A DNA stretch of 63,491 nt, the filler included, from Octopus bimaculoides (lineage: Eukaryota): NCBI RefSeq assembly GCF_001194135.2. It is 5 parts of 5 records of this genome, joined end to end, with 100 filler letters (N's around TTAATTAATTAA, not from the genome) between each part and the next. Parts side by side here need not be neighbours in the genome. Positions count along the whole stretch, not along the records: positions 47,854 to 59,818 come from NC_069000.1; positions 59,919 to 63,491 come from NC_069005.1; 3 more parts are not named here. One strand, given 5' to 3'. A model generated the notes under the pieces. That model was given only the letters and a program-made list of their open reading frames with translations, had not been told where the DNA came from and did no database searches. Made by a program: the position numbers and the translations under genes. Position 1 is the first letter of the stretch. The number at the start of each line of letters is the position of its first letter. Below, piece by piece: positions 51,456-61,624 of the stretch.

Positions 51456-52015
51456 CAGGTGTGGGGAAACTTTTTAGTGCGGCGGGTAAAAATTTCCAAA
51501 GAAAATGGTCCGAGAGCGGATCACAAGTTCTAACTCTTACATCTATGTAAATCTTGTATATATCAATGTATAATTCTATATACATTAATAAAGATTNNNN
51601 NNNNNNNNNNNNNNNNNNNNNNNNNNNNNNNNNNNNNNNNNNNNNNNNNNNNNNNNNNNNNNNNNNNNNNNNNNNNNNNNNNNNNNNNNNNNNNNNNNNN
51701 NNNNNNNNNNNNNNNNNNNNNNNNNNNNNNNNNNNNNNNNNNNNNNNNNNNNNNNNNNNNNNNNNNNNNNNNNNNNNNNNNNNNNNNNNNNNNNNNNNNN
51801 NNNNNNNNNNNNNNNNNNNNNNNNNNNNNNNNNNNNNNNNNNNNNNNNNNNNNNNNNNNNNNNNNNNNNNNNNNNNNNNNNNNNNNNNNNNNNNNNNNNN
51901 NNNNNNNNNNNNNNNNNNNNNNNNNNNNNNNNNNNNNNNNNNNNNNNNNNNNNNNNNNNNNNNNNNNNNNNNNNNNNNGGGCGCAGTTGCGCCCGCGGGA
52001 GTTTCCCCACCCCTG
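51456..52015. mobile_element. hAT MITE spanning an assembly gap
   Basis: TIRs CAGGTGTGGGGAAACT / AGTTTCCCCACCCCTG; TSD GTGTAGGG / GTCTAGGG (7/8). Confidence 0.8.
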
Positions 52016-52037
52016 GTCTAGGGTATGCCAGCAAGAC

Positions 52038-52070
<33 letters not shown>

Positions 52071-52551
52071 TATGAGAAAGAGATAGTGAGTTTTAGTGCA
52101 AGAGCGATATAAAGAAAGAGTGGTAGCTGAGTGGTAGCGTATATTATGCACATTGTACAGTGTGGTGCAAAGAATGCAATATGTTGTGTACAGAATGCAG
52201 TGCATAGAGGTCACAGTGTGTAGTGTTTAGAATATAGTGTATAGCGAGCTGTGCTTGATATAGCAGCCAAATCTCCCTTAAATCACATACTGAATGTAGG
52301 AGACAGAACCTAGAATAATGTTGTTACGAATACGTTATGCATTGTACCTGAAACAAAAACAAGATAGTCACAACTGAAACTACTTTGATCGTAAGTCTGT
52401 TGAATGAAGTATGATCTGGGGCTAAAACACAACTATGCATAAAATGAACCAACAGTGAGCCTGTATGTGGTCGTGTGACCAGCTAGAAATAGAGGTTGAT
52501 CTTCATTCAAATCACACTCTTACATCTTGAAATGCAAGGAACACTTTAAAT

Positions 52552-52804
52552 CAGTGGTTCTCAACCTTTTTTTTTTTTTTTTACCTATGGACTCCTTTGA
52601 TTCCTATTTTACTCGGATGGACCCTCCTAACCATTCCGTGTTCAAGAAACCCTATTATATTTTAATAAATAAATATTATTAGGAATTGTTGTTAAGATAT
52701 TCTGTGTGTTGTAGAAGTATAACCAATTTATTGCTGATAAATGTTAACAGCAAAATCTTATATGGACCCCAAGGGTGATATTGAACTCCGGTTGAGTACC
52801 ACAG
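52552..52804. mobile_element. hAT (Charlie-like) MITE
   Basis: TIRs CAGTGGTTCTCAACC / GGTTGAGTACCACAG; 8-bp TSD CTTTAAAT / CCTGAAAT. Confidence 0.85.
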
Positions 52805-52812
52805 CCTGAAAT

Positions 52813-53028
52813 GATTGTTTCAAATTTTAGCAAAAGACCAACAATCTCGGGGAAGGCGGCAAGTCGATTACATAGACCCCAGTGTTCAACTGGCATTTAT
52901 TTCATCGACTCCGGGAGGATGAAAGGCAAAGTTGACCTCGACAGAATTTGAACTCAGAGCTTAAAGACGGACGAAATGCTGCTAAGCATTTTGCCCGGCA
53001 TTCTAACGATTCTGCCAGCTCGCCGCCT
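52813..53028 (-). mobile_element. SINE-B (other diverged copies at 15311-15515, 15775-15935, 25975-26170, 27728-27860, 54350-54543)
   Basis: GATGAAAGGCAAAGTTGACCTCG...ATTTGAACTCAG...GCCAGCTCGCCGCC motifs. Confidence 0.85.
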
Positions 53029-53596
53029 TAAGGACACTTTAAATACCGTAATCAAGGATACACTTAGCCAGAATTTTTTATAAAGTCGTGATGCCCTGAT
53101 TAGAATTCTCTTTGTCGTAGGTCTGCTCGATCAGGGCTAACTTAAGAGTTAAACAACAGTGGCAGCAGTCGCAGCAGTGGCAACATTCCCTGTATTTATC
53201 TCAAAAGGCACCTTGTAGTCTTAAAAATAAAGGACACGTTGGACACTGTTGTCTTAGATATACAAGATGACAGGATGGTCATGGCTGGAACGCATTTGGC
53301 TATGTGTCTGTTCGATCAGGTCCAGCATGTGGTAACAACATCAACAACAACCACTAACACTGTACCACTACAATGTCCCACTGTACTATATTGTATCATT
53401 GTATTACACTATACTACAGTATACAACTGTACTGCACTGCCATATCACTCTGATGTATGATTGTTTGGTACTACTGTACAAGTGTTTTGTGCCACTACAA
53501 TGTAACCCTATACAATATTGTCATTGTATTGCACTACAATACAGTATCCCACAACTGTACTGGGTCATTCTACTCTGCTACTGGAATGAGTTATCG

Positions 53597-53930
53597 TAAA
53601 AGAGTAAAGACCACATTCGGTCATGAATGACCATGGGATTGCACCTAGAAAGTTCCCCTCCGAGGTACAAGTCCGGGCAAGGTTGGTTGTGGAAGACCAG
53701 CAATCGCCTATGTATAACAGTCTCCTCTCTCCATGCCACTATTATCCAAAGGAAAGGCAAAGGCCGAAAGAGATCGGCAGCAAAGACGTTGCAACTCATT
53801 TCTACAGATGAGTGAACTAGAGCAACGTGAAATAAAGTGTCTTGCTCAAGAGCACAACACACAGCCCAGCCGGGGAATCGAACTCACTACCTCATGATTG
53901 TGAGCCCGACGCTCTAACCACCGAGCCATA
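53597..53930 (-). mobile_element. SINE-E, tRNA-derived CORE-SINE
   Basis: Head TGGCTCGGTGGTTAGAGCG...GAGTTCGATTCCC, then a MIR-CORE-like segment (53866-53795). An older copy lies at 23475-23590. Confidence 0.8.
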
Positions 53931-55579
53931 TCACTATATTGTCGATCTGTTACAAATAGCATTCAAATTTTCCCTCTCTGTGCAGTCTTTTTTTTTTAAA
54001 GGACATATTAGATTGTGACTGGGGGAAAAAAGCATAAAAGACAGGATGATCAGGCTGAAGCGCGTTTTTGCACAGATCTGCTTGATCGACATTAGCTGGA
54101 AGATAAATGACAGAAAGAACAGCAACAATAACCAGTTTTATACCAACATACAGTCAATAGATGTATTAAACCGTAGAAGCGAGCGTTAAAAGAGTGTAGT
54201 CTGTCGTTTATGTGAACAATCGTATTCAGTACTATTCCATGCCTTCGTCCATATAGACGCGCTCTCGTTGTCTCTAGTAGAAACGAAATAGTGGCATCAT
54301 GGATCATTGTGGAAAGAATTGAAAGAAATATTGATTCCAAATTTTGGTATATGTACAGCAATTTCAGGGAGATGGAAAGTCGATTACATCGACTCCAGTA
54401 TTCAACTGGTAAGTATTTTTACGACCCCGAAGGGATGACAGGCAAGATGGACCTCTGCGGAATTTCGACCCAAAACATGAAAACGGATGAAATGACGAGA
54501 AGCATTTCGTCCAGTATGCTAACAATTCTACCAGCTCACGCCTTGATTAGCAGAAATATTGCAGATATTTTACTAGAATAACAGTTAGGCTTCTTTTTTT
54601 TTGCGGATAGGGTGGGGGGGCACTTAAAGCTCAGGTAATTTTTGTTCACATTTTTGTCTGCGTCTTCATTATACGTTGTAAGATCAGCAGAAGTGCATTG
54701 TTCTTGCATGATTCTGTTGTGGGTTTGTCAACGGATTTTCCAAAGTTTGTGTGAAGTGTTCCCACTAAGTACGAAATAATGTAGTGCTATCCTTGTCGCC
54801 GTTGTTGTTGTTATTGGTGGCGGCGGCGGGGGGGGGTGGTGATTTTGTGCAGCCACNNNNNNNNNNNNNNNNNNNNNNNNNNNNNNNNNNNNNNNNNNNN
54901 NNNNNNNNNNNNNNNNNNNNNNNNNNNNNNNNNNNNNNNNNNNNNNNNNNNNNNNNNNNNNNNNNNNNNNNNNNNNNNNNNNNNNNNNNNNNNNNNNNNN
55001 NNNNNNNNNNNNNNNNNNNNNNNNNNNNNNNNNNNNNNNNNNNNNNNNNNNNNNNNNNNNNNNNNNNNNNNNNNNNNNNNNNNNNNNNNNNNNNNNNNNN
55101 NNNNNNNNNNNNNNNNNNNNNNNNNNNNNNNNNNNNNNNNNNNNNNNNNNNNNNNNNNNNNNNNNNNNNNNNNNNNNNNNNNNNNNNNNNNNNNNNNNNN
55201 NNNNNNNNNNNNNNNNNNNNNNNNNNNNNNNNNNNNNNNNNNNNNNNNNNNNNNNNNNNNNNNNNNNNNNNNNNNNNNNNNNNNNNNNNNNNNNNNNNNN
55301 NNNNNNNNNNNNNNNNNNNNNNNNNNNNNNNNNNNNNNNNNNNNNNNNNNNNNNNNNNNNNNNNNNNNNNNNNNNNNNNNNNNNNNNNNNNNNNNNNNNN
55401 NNNNNNNNNNNNNNNNNNNNNNNNNNNNNNNNNNNNNNNNNNNNNNNNNNNNNNNNNNNNNNNNNNNNNNNNNNNNNNNNNNNNNNNNNNNNNNNNNNNN
55501 NNNNNNNNNNNNNNNNNNNNNNNNNNNNNNNNNNNAAAATTACAAATTGTAGGAATGTTCTGAAAGTGTTGCGTATTTT

Positions 55580-55618
<39 letters not shown>

Positions 55619-55749
55619 TTTGAGTTAAACTTCCTTAATGTAGTGATATCACCCTCTACCACCACCACCACCATCACGAAATGTATTGATTTCAAATTTT
55701 GGCACAAGGCCAGCAATTTTGAGGGTACTTACATACCCAGAAAAATGGT

Positions 55750-55950
55750 GCGCTCAGCCACACCCACCAGTAATGACCGCGATGGCATTGCTGCGAAGAA
55801 TGGCCAGCAGCCACTCTACTGGGAGCTCATTCCTCCGACGGGCGGCCATTGGCCCTATTTTGCGGAGGAAATCGGTAGTACGGATTCACTTCTCCGACAC
55901 ACCACTCCGAATGACTTAATCGGAAGGACCCTTTACAACTACCAATCAAT
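55750..55950 (-). mobile_element. Decayed C-terminus of a CRE-clade (restriction-like endonuclease) non-LTR retrotransposon
   Basis: VLPIKSFGV, then a frameshift, then TTDFLRKIGPMAARRRNELPVEWLLAILRSNAIAVITG; matches the recalled CRE-type pattern P.A.ET.G..G..T..FL..IG...WL...S.A..RGNA..I. Confidence 0.45.
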
Positions 55951-56949
55951 TCGTTATCTCATATAGTAGAATATAGTACTGAGAAATTACCTAGTATAGA
56001 GGTCTTCAATCTCTGTATGGCCTGATCTGGTACCACAAATTGTTGAGGCCAGATTAAAACGCCAAGGTAGTTAGAAAAATCGTGTGTTTTTAATGCATAA
56101 CAACAGTGCCTGGGTAGTTCTTGGTGACAAAGGGCAACGCATGAACCTATTTCTGTTTTAAAAGAATTCTAATAATCGTTTTACTTTGGTGGAGAACGTG
56201 ACTATGTGGTAAGAAGTTTGTTTCCCAGCCATATGGTTTCGGGTTCAGTCTCACTGTGTAACACCTTGGGCAAGTGTCTTGTGAGTGGATTTGGTCGACG
56301 GAAACTGATAGAAGCACGTCGTGTGTGTAGCAAAAAGAGACCGATAGAATCGGCTTGGCGGTGCCCTAGCATGGCCATAGTCTAATGACTGAACAAGATA
56401 CAATAAAACTGTTAAAAAGCTGATAGTGTGCCATAGCACTTCAGTGTGCCACGGACTGGAAAAGGGCGTAGCTAGCCCAAAGCAATCAGGTCTATGGACA
56501 AAAGTTTTCCAATCGTGAACATTACGTCATTCCATTACGTCACATCAAATGTGTCAAATTCTTTCCCAAGAAAGTAGGATCGGTCGCCTTTGAAGGAGAG
56601 TTTGACTACTATTTTTAAATATCTATCGGCTAAATAAACGTTCTCTCGTTGGTTCATGCTTGCGTAATTGTTGTCGTTATTGTTGCTATAGTTATGCAGC
56701 AAGTCAATCCTGGTTTTAGCAGGCTCATGATAAAAGCTATTCCCGCCTTTTTCTTATGCTCAGGGAGCCTCAAAGTCACATTATACTGCATGTCATTTTT
56801 CACGACGGCAAGGTTGATTTGACGGGATTCTGGTTATTATTTATAGGATGTCGACGGACCACGTTGAAGCTCCTTCGCTTGAATACTTTATAATATAGCG
56901 TAGTATACTTTTGTATATCGTAGTATATCGCATCACAATCCCAGTGCAG

Positions 56950-57691
56950 CAGTAGCAAATGGCGTGATGATGTTTGTGGCGGTGTTGTACTTCTGTAGTG
57001 GTGGTAGTGGTGGAAGTGTAGTGGTGCAGGGATTAGTAGAACTGGTGGTGGCGGTGGTGGTGCTGATGCTGGTGGTAGTAGTGGTGGTGCTGGTGGTGAT
57101 AATGTGGTGGCGGTAGTGGTGCTGGTGGTGATAGTGTGGTGGTGGTCGTGCTGCTGGTGCTGGTGCTGGTGCTNNNNNNNNNNGGTGCTGGTGGTGATAG
57201 TGTGGTGGTGGTGCTGCTGCTGGTGCTGGTGCTGGTGCTGGTGATGCTGCTGGCGGTGCTGGTGATGCTGCTGGAGGTGCTGGTGGTGGTTGTAGTGGTG
57301 GTGCAGTACTGGTGGTAGGTAAAGCAGTGCAGAAAGTTCAATGACAGTAATGCAGTGTTGCTGGTTGTGCAATATTAGTGGTGCTGCAACAAACATGCTG
57401 GTGCAGTTTCGGTGGTGATTCATTAGTGATGCATGTGCAATGTTGGTGCTGGTGGTGTGGCAGTGTTTAGTATAGTTGTTGTTGTCGTCATCGTTGTTGT
57501 TATTGTTCTTGGTGGCGGCGGCGGCGGCGGTGGCGGCGGCGGCGGATTCAGTTCATTCAGTAACAAATTCCATTCAGTTGAGATCACTGCCAGCCATTAC
57601 TCGTCTTATCGATCTGTTGACTGTTTTCCATTGTTTACGGACGGTGGCGCTACTGTTACTTCTGCTGTTGCTCTCATCAGCAGCAGCGGCA

Positions 57692-57731
<40 letters not shown>

Positions 57732-57743
57732 TTTCTGCTACTG

Positions 57744-57775
<32 letters not shown>

Positions 57776-57785
57776 GCCACTACTC

Positions 57786-57849
<64 letters not shown>

Positions 57850-57869
57850 CTCTGCTACTGCCACTACTC

Positions 57870-57909
<40 letters not shown>

Positions 57910-58608
57910 CTCTGCTACTGCCACTACTCCTATTCCTACTACTACTACTACTACTGTTGTTGACACTAGATGGTACTGTTATTTAAAATTCAGGCATGAC
58001 TCCAACGATGGTGGTGGTGGTGTACAAGCTGTGGTGTTGTAGTGATGAGTATGGTGGCGGTGTGTTTGTAGTGGTTGCGATGTAGTGTTGCAATAGTGCT
58101 ATTTTAGTAGTGTTGGGAGGTAGGGTGGTGCTATATTGTGGGAGAGGGAACGGTGAGAGGGGTGACGTGGAAATTGTAGGTGCGCTGAGGTGAAGGTGGT
58201 AGTGGGGATGGTAGCAGTGGTGGTAGTGGTAATAGTAGTAGCTGTAGTGGTAGTTATGGTGGTTTTGGCAGTAGTAGTAGTATTAGTAGTGGTGGTGGTG
58301 GTAGTGGTGATTGTTGTAGTAGTAGTGGTGGTGGTGGTGGTGGTAGTGTAATTGTACTACTCTTGTTTGTTTAGCGCCACTCAACCTTGATTGAAGGTGT
58401 TCCAGCCGTGACCTTCTCGTCTTTTATTTTTCAGACTATGCATCAACGTCTACATTATTCAATGCATGTTTATTTTCCCCTTATTTTAACAGTGGGGCGT
58501 AATGTGAGATAGATTTGGCTGCTTTTTCTGGCAGAACAAGTGACAACATTGTGACTACATAGTTGGCACGTGGTTTTGTTGTTGCTGCTGTTATTGTTGC
58601 TGCTGTTG

Positions 58609-58640
<32 letters not shown>

Positions 58641-59330
58641 GGTGGTGGTGGTGGTGGTGGTGGCGACGTCGCCGTTNNNNNNNNNNNNNNNNNNNNNNNN
58701 NNNNNNNNNNNNNNNNNNNNNNNNNNNNNNNNNNNNNNNNNNNNNNNNNNNNNNNNNNNNNNNNNNNNNNNNNNNNNNNNNNNNNNNNNNNNNNNNNNNN
58801 NNNNNNNNNNNNNNNNNNNNNNNNNNNNNNNNNNNNNNNNNNNNNNNNNNNNNNNNNNNNNNNNNNNNNNNNNNNNNNNNNNNNNNNNNNNNNNNNNNNN
58901 NNNNNNNNNNNNNNNNNNNNNNNNNNNNNNNNNNNNNNNNNNNNNNNNNNNNNNNNNNNNNNNNNNNNNNNNNNNNNNNNNNNNNNNNNNNNNNNNNCAC
59001 CACCACCACCACCACCACCACCACCACCATTATCATCACCAACACCACTACCACCACCACCACCACTACAACCACGGACACCACCAACAATAACAACACA
59101 AACTCCATTGCAGCCATCAGCACCAACAACAACAAAATTACTCTCAACACCAACAATCCCAACAACAACAACAAAGTCATCAACATCATCACTACCAGCA
59201 TCACCACGAATAACACGAACTCTTATCGTCTGTACCGCCATCACTACCATGACCACCATGGCCAACAATAACACAAACAACATCACATTTCTTATCCACC
59301 CTCACACCTACTACCACCCACCCCTAAGAC
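56950..59330. repeat. Very long compound trinucleotide low-complexity region (GGT, GCT, CTA, GTA, CAC, CAA)
   Basis: Direct inspection; all ORFs here are homopolymeric runs. Confidence 0.92.
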
Positions 59331-59818
59331 GTCCGCCCCTCAGCATTTCTGAAGGCCTGCTGTAAACGATGGCCTCTGAATGATGGGGGGGGGGGGGAAA
59401 TGAGATGGAAACATGATTCGGCGCCCTGTATTGTGTGTGTGTGTGTGCGCGCGCGCGCGTATGCATGCATGCGTGCGTGAGTGCATGCATCGGAGCTACG
59501 TAGACAGACAGACAGACATGTAGACAGATAGATAGATAGATAGATAGATAGAAAACACACGTTTATAAATGTATGTGGAGAGAGAGAAAATGAAATGAGA
59601 GGGAAAGAGGAAGATTGAAACAGTGGAGCTGGGAAATGAAGATCAAGAAAAGATTGGGTAGAACAGGATAAAACGGGGGTACAGTGGTGTATATAAATAT
59701 ACAGCAGAACACAGTGCAGCATTGCTTTAACGATCACACATGCCTAAAGTACTGCTGACATCTCAACTCAATGTGTTAATACGACTGGTTGGTGTTAGAA
59801 TGCCGAAACACACACACA

Positions 59819-59918
59819 NNNNNNNNNNNNNNNNNNNNNNNNNNNNNNNNNNNNNNNNNNNNTTAATTAATTAANNNNNNNNNNNNNNNNNNNNNNNNNN
59901 NNNNNNNNNNNNNNNNNN
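59819..59918. other. Artificial scaffold linker
   Basis: Same construct. Confidence 0.97.
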
Positions 59919-60050
59919 GTGGTCGATCCTAACCCTAACCCTAACCCTAATCCTAAACACGTATTCATTTGCACACGCGGGTTAGGGTTAGGGTTAGGGA
60001 TAAGGGTTAGGGTTAGGGTTAGGGATAGGGTTAGGGTTAGGATCGACCAC
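59919..60050. repeat. Palindrome of telomeric repeats: (CCCTAA)n-spacer-(TTAGGG)n with unique inverted ends
   Basis: GTGGTCGATCCTAACCCTAACCCT at 59919 is the exact reverse complement of AGGGTTAGGGTTAGGATCGACCAC ending at 60050. Confidence 0.85.
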
Positions 60051-60055
60051 TCAAG

Positions 60056-60106
60056 ACTAGCTAACGCGGACACGCGACTGCGCGTTCGGGTCCGCGCTGC
60101 TTTAGT
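60056..60106 (-). mobile_element. Candidate Helitron 3' terminus
   Basis: GC-rich hairpin CGCGGAC...GTCCGCG (with inner ACGCG-4-CGCGT) followed on the minus strand by TTAG-CTAG|T. Confidence 0.4.
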
Positions 60107-60797
60107 AGTACCCAAACCCAACTGCTTTCTTAAACGAGAATACTAAAAATAAACCCGACCGCACTCAAAAATAAAGTAAAAAAAGAGGAAAAATAATCCA
60201 GAATCCTTGTCCGGTACCAGATCGCCAATGATGATGATAATAGATTCTAAAAATGGTCACGTTTCTAAAACAGAAAAAGAATTGATGTAATGTGGGGTGA
60301 ATGCCGAAATAAGACTATAGCGACACTACTGATATACTAACTACCATAACAAATTATTACGGCAATAAAACACACCTCAAATTAGCACTGCGTCAATAAC
60401 AACACGTCCTACATCATCGCAGAACCAACACAGCATAAAAGAATTACAATAAATGACGATAGCAAGGCTCGATCATCGATCTAAACACACAACTACAGCA
60501 ACACGTTGAAAAATACCATACTACCACGTTACTAACACATACTAAATCATTGCGGTACTATCACCACATCACATAGCCACACATGGGCAGCAAGACTCGA
60601 ACTTCAATCGAAACACCCAAACCCCACTCCACCTCCCATATAGAGATAGCAAGGCTTGAACTTTGATCCAAACACACCACTATAACAGTACTTTACTACT
60701 ACAACAACAAACACATATTACAAGCACTGTCACTACATGAACACTACAACATCACCAACATCACGCGATATATGGAGACGACAAAGTGAGCACTTAC

Positions 60798-60905
60798 TTC
60801 GATCGGTTTTCCAAGCATCTCGGCAATTTTATTTGAAAGGTGTTTCTCAAATGCTTTCGGGATTCCAGTTCTGGGCAAACTTGTTCTCAATAGACAAATC
60901 GGCAT
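60798..60905 (-). CDS. MIF: First coding exon (36 codons) of a macrophage migration inhibitory factor / D-dopachrome tautomerase family gene; later exons not found in the visible sequence
   Basis: Hand translation gives MPICLLRTSLPRTGIPKAFEKHLSNKIAEMLGKPIE, followed directly by a GAA|GTAAGT donor (60797-60792). It aligns without gaps to human MIF (11/35 identities: P1,T7,P10,R11,P15,F18,L22,A27,G31,K32,P33). The 108-nt length and phase-0 intron match vertebrate MIF/DDT exon 1. ATG context is GGAAAATGC. MIF versus DDT orthology is unresolved. Confidence 0.88.
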
Positions 60906-61030
60906 TTTCCTCCAGCTGTTAGCCCGTCCGTACGTAGCCTTTGATACGTCAAGAAAAGAAAAGGAAATAAATTTTTAAAATTGACGGAAATTGACGAGCA
61001 GGCAGTTCTGTAAGTCAAAACGGAAGAAGG
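60906..61030 (-). promoter_or_regulatory. 5' UTR / pyrimidine tract upstream of the MIF ATG: either a proximal promoter or a 3' splice site (AAG at 60941-60939)
   Basis: The minus strand reads TTTATTTCCTTTTCTTTTCTTGACGTATCAAAG|GCTACG. Two ETS-like TTCCG motifs lie upstream (about 60985-60989 and 61021-61025). Confidence 0.3.
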
Positions 61031-61372
61031 TAAATAATGTATAAATATATATATATATATAAAATTGGGTTGATGTAAAGAGAGATGTTATTTTACGTTT
61101 ATGTATGACTGGATATAGCTTGTGGACTTATGGGGAATAGTATTTCGCACTTGTTATTTATATAAATGCGCGCAACCCATATAAGCGTCAACAAGAGTAA
61201 TCAGCGTGTAAAAATATCGCTTGTTAACACACATACCTTCGTGTGAGCACACACACACACACACACAAGTTATCTAGTTGTGACCTCTGAAGTTGTGTTA
61301 GATAACAATATCATAAAACACGAAATTAAACTGAAAGGTCAATTACTAAAATCTCGTAAACAATAATCTATC

Positions 61373-61624
61373 GGTAATCTTCAAGTTTAGGGGAATTAAA
61401 AAAAAAATATTCAAGGGAAATAGCTGAACGACTTACCAGTATTATCCGTTTTCTTCTAGCTGTTTATAAATAAATCACATCCTAACCCTAACCCTAACGT
61501 CAATCAAATCACGTGTGTGATTTATTTATAAACAGAGATGTACGGAGAATACTGGTAAGACGTTCAGTTACTTCCCTTTAATATTTTTATTTATTTTTTT
61601 ATCCCCCTAAACTTGAAGATTACC
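61373..61624. mobile_element. Complete 252-bp foldback MITE with 9-bp TSD (MULE/Merlin-like)
   Basis: About 107-bp imperfect TIRs (61373-61479 and 61516-61624) with GGTAATC...GATTACC ends; TAATCTATC duplicated at 61364-61372 and 61625-61633; loop contains (CCTAAC)3. Confidence 0.88.

Larger units (their letters stand above)
52250..53345 (+). mobile_element. Cluster of old SINE-G-type repeats (also 35770-35965, 45850-45970, 58365-58560)
   Basis: Recurring ATAGCAGCCAAATCTCCC...GGTCTGCTCGATCAGGGCT...GCTAAACAAC motifs. Confidence 0.55.

Noticed and set aside
1284-59271. Long ORFs (150-350 aa) in the ORF track
   Set aside because: They are N-runs translated as X plus YI/CV/TH or poly-V/T/L/H runs from microsatellites; no coding information.
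59685-59725. TATATAAATA followed by an Inr-like CAGT
   Set aside because: TA-rich words are ubiquitous here and no downstream exon is evident.
59919-60050. True telomere or telomere-fusion scar
   Set aside because: The tracts are short and interstitial, and the orientation is opposite to a head-to-head fusion.
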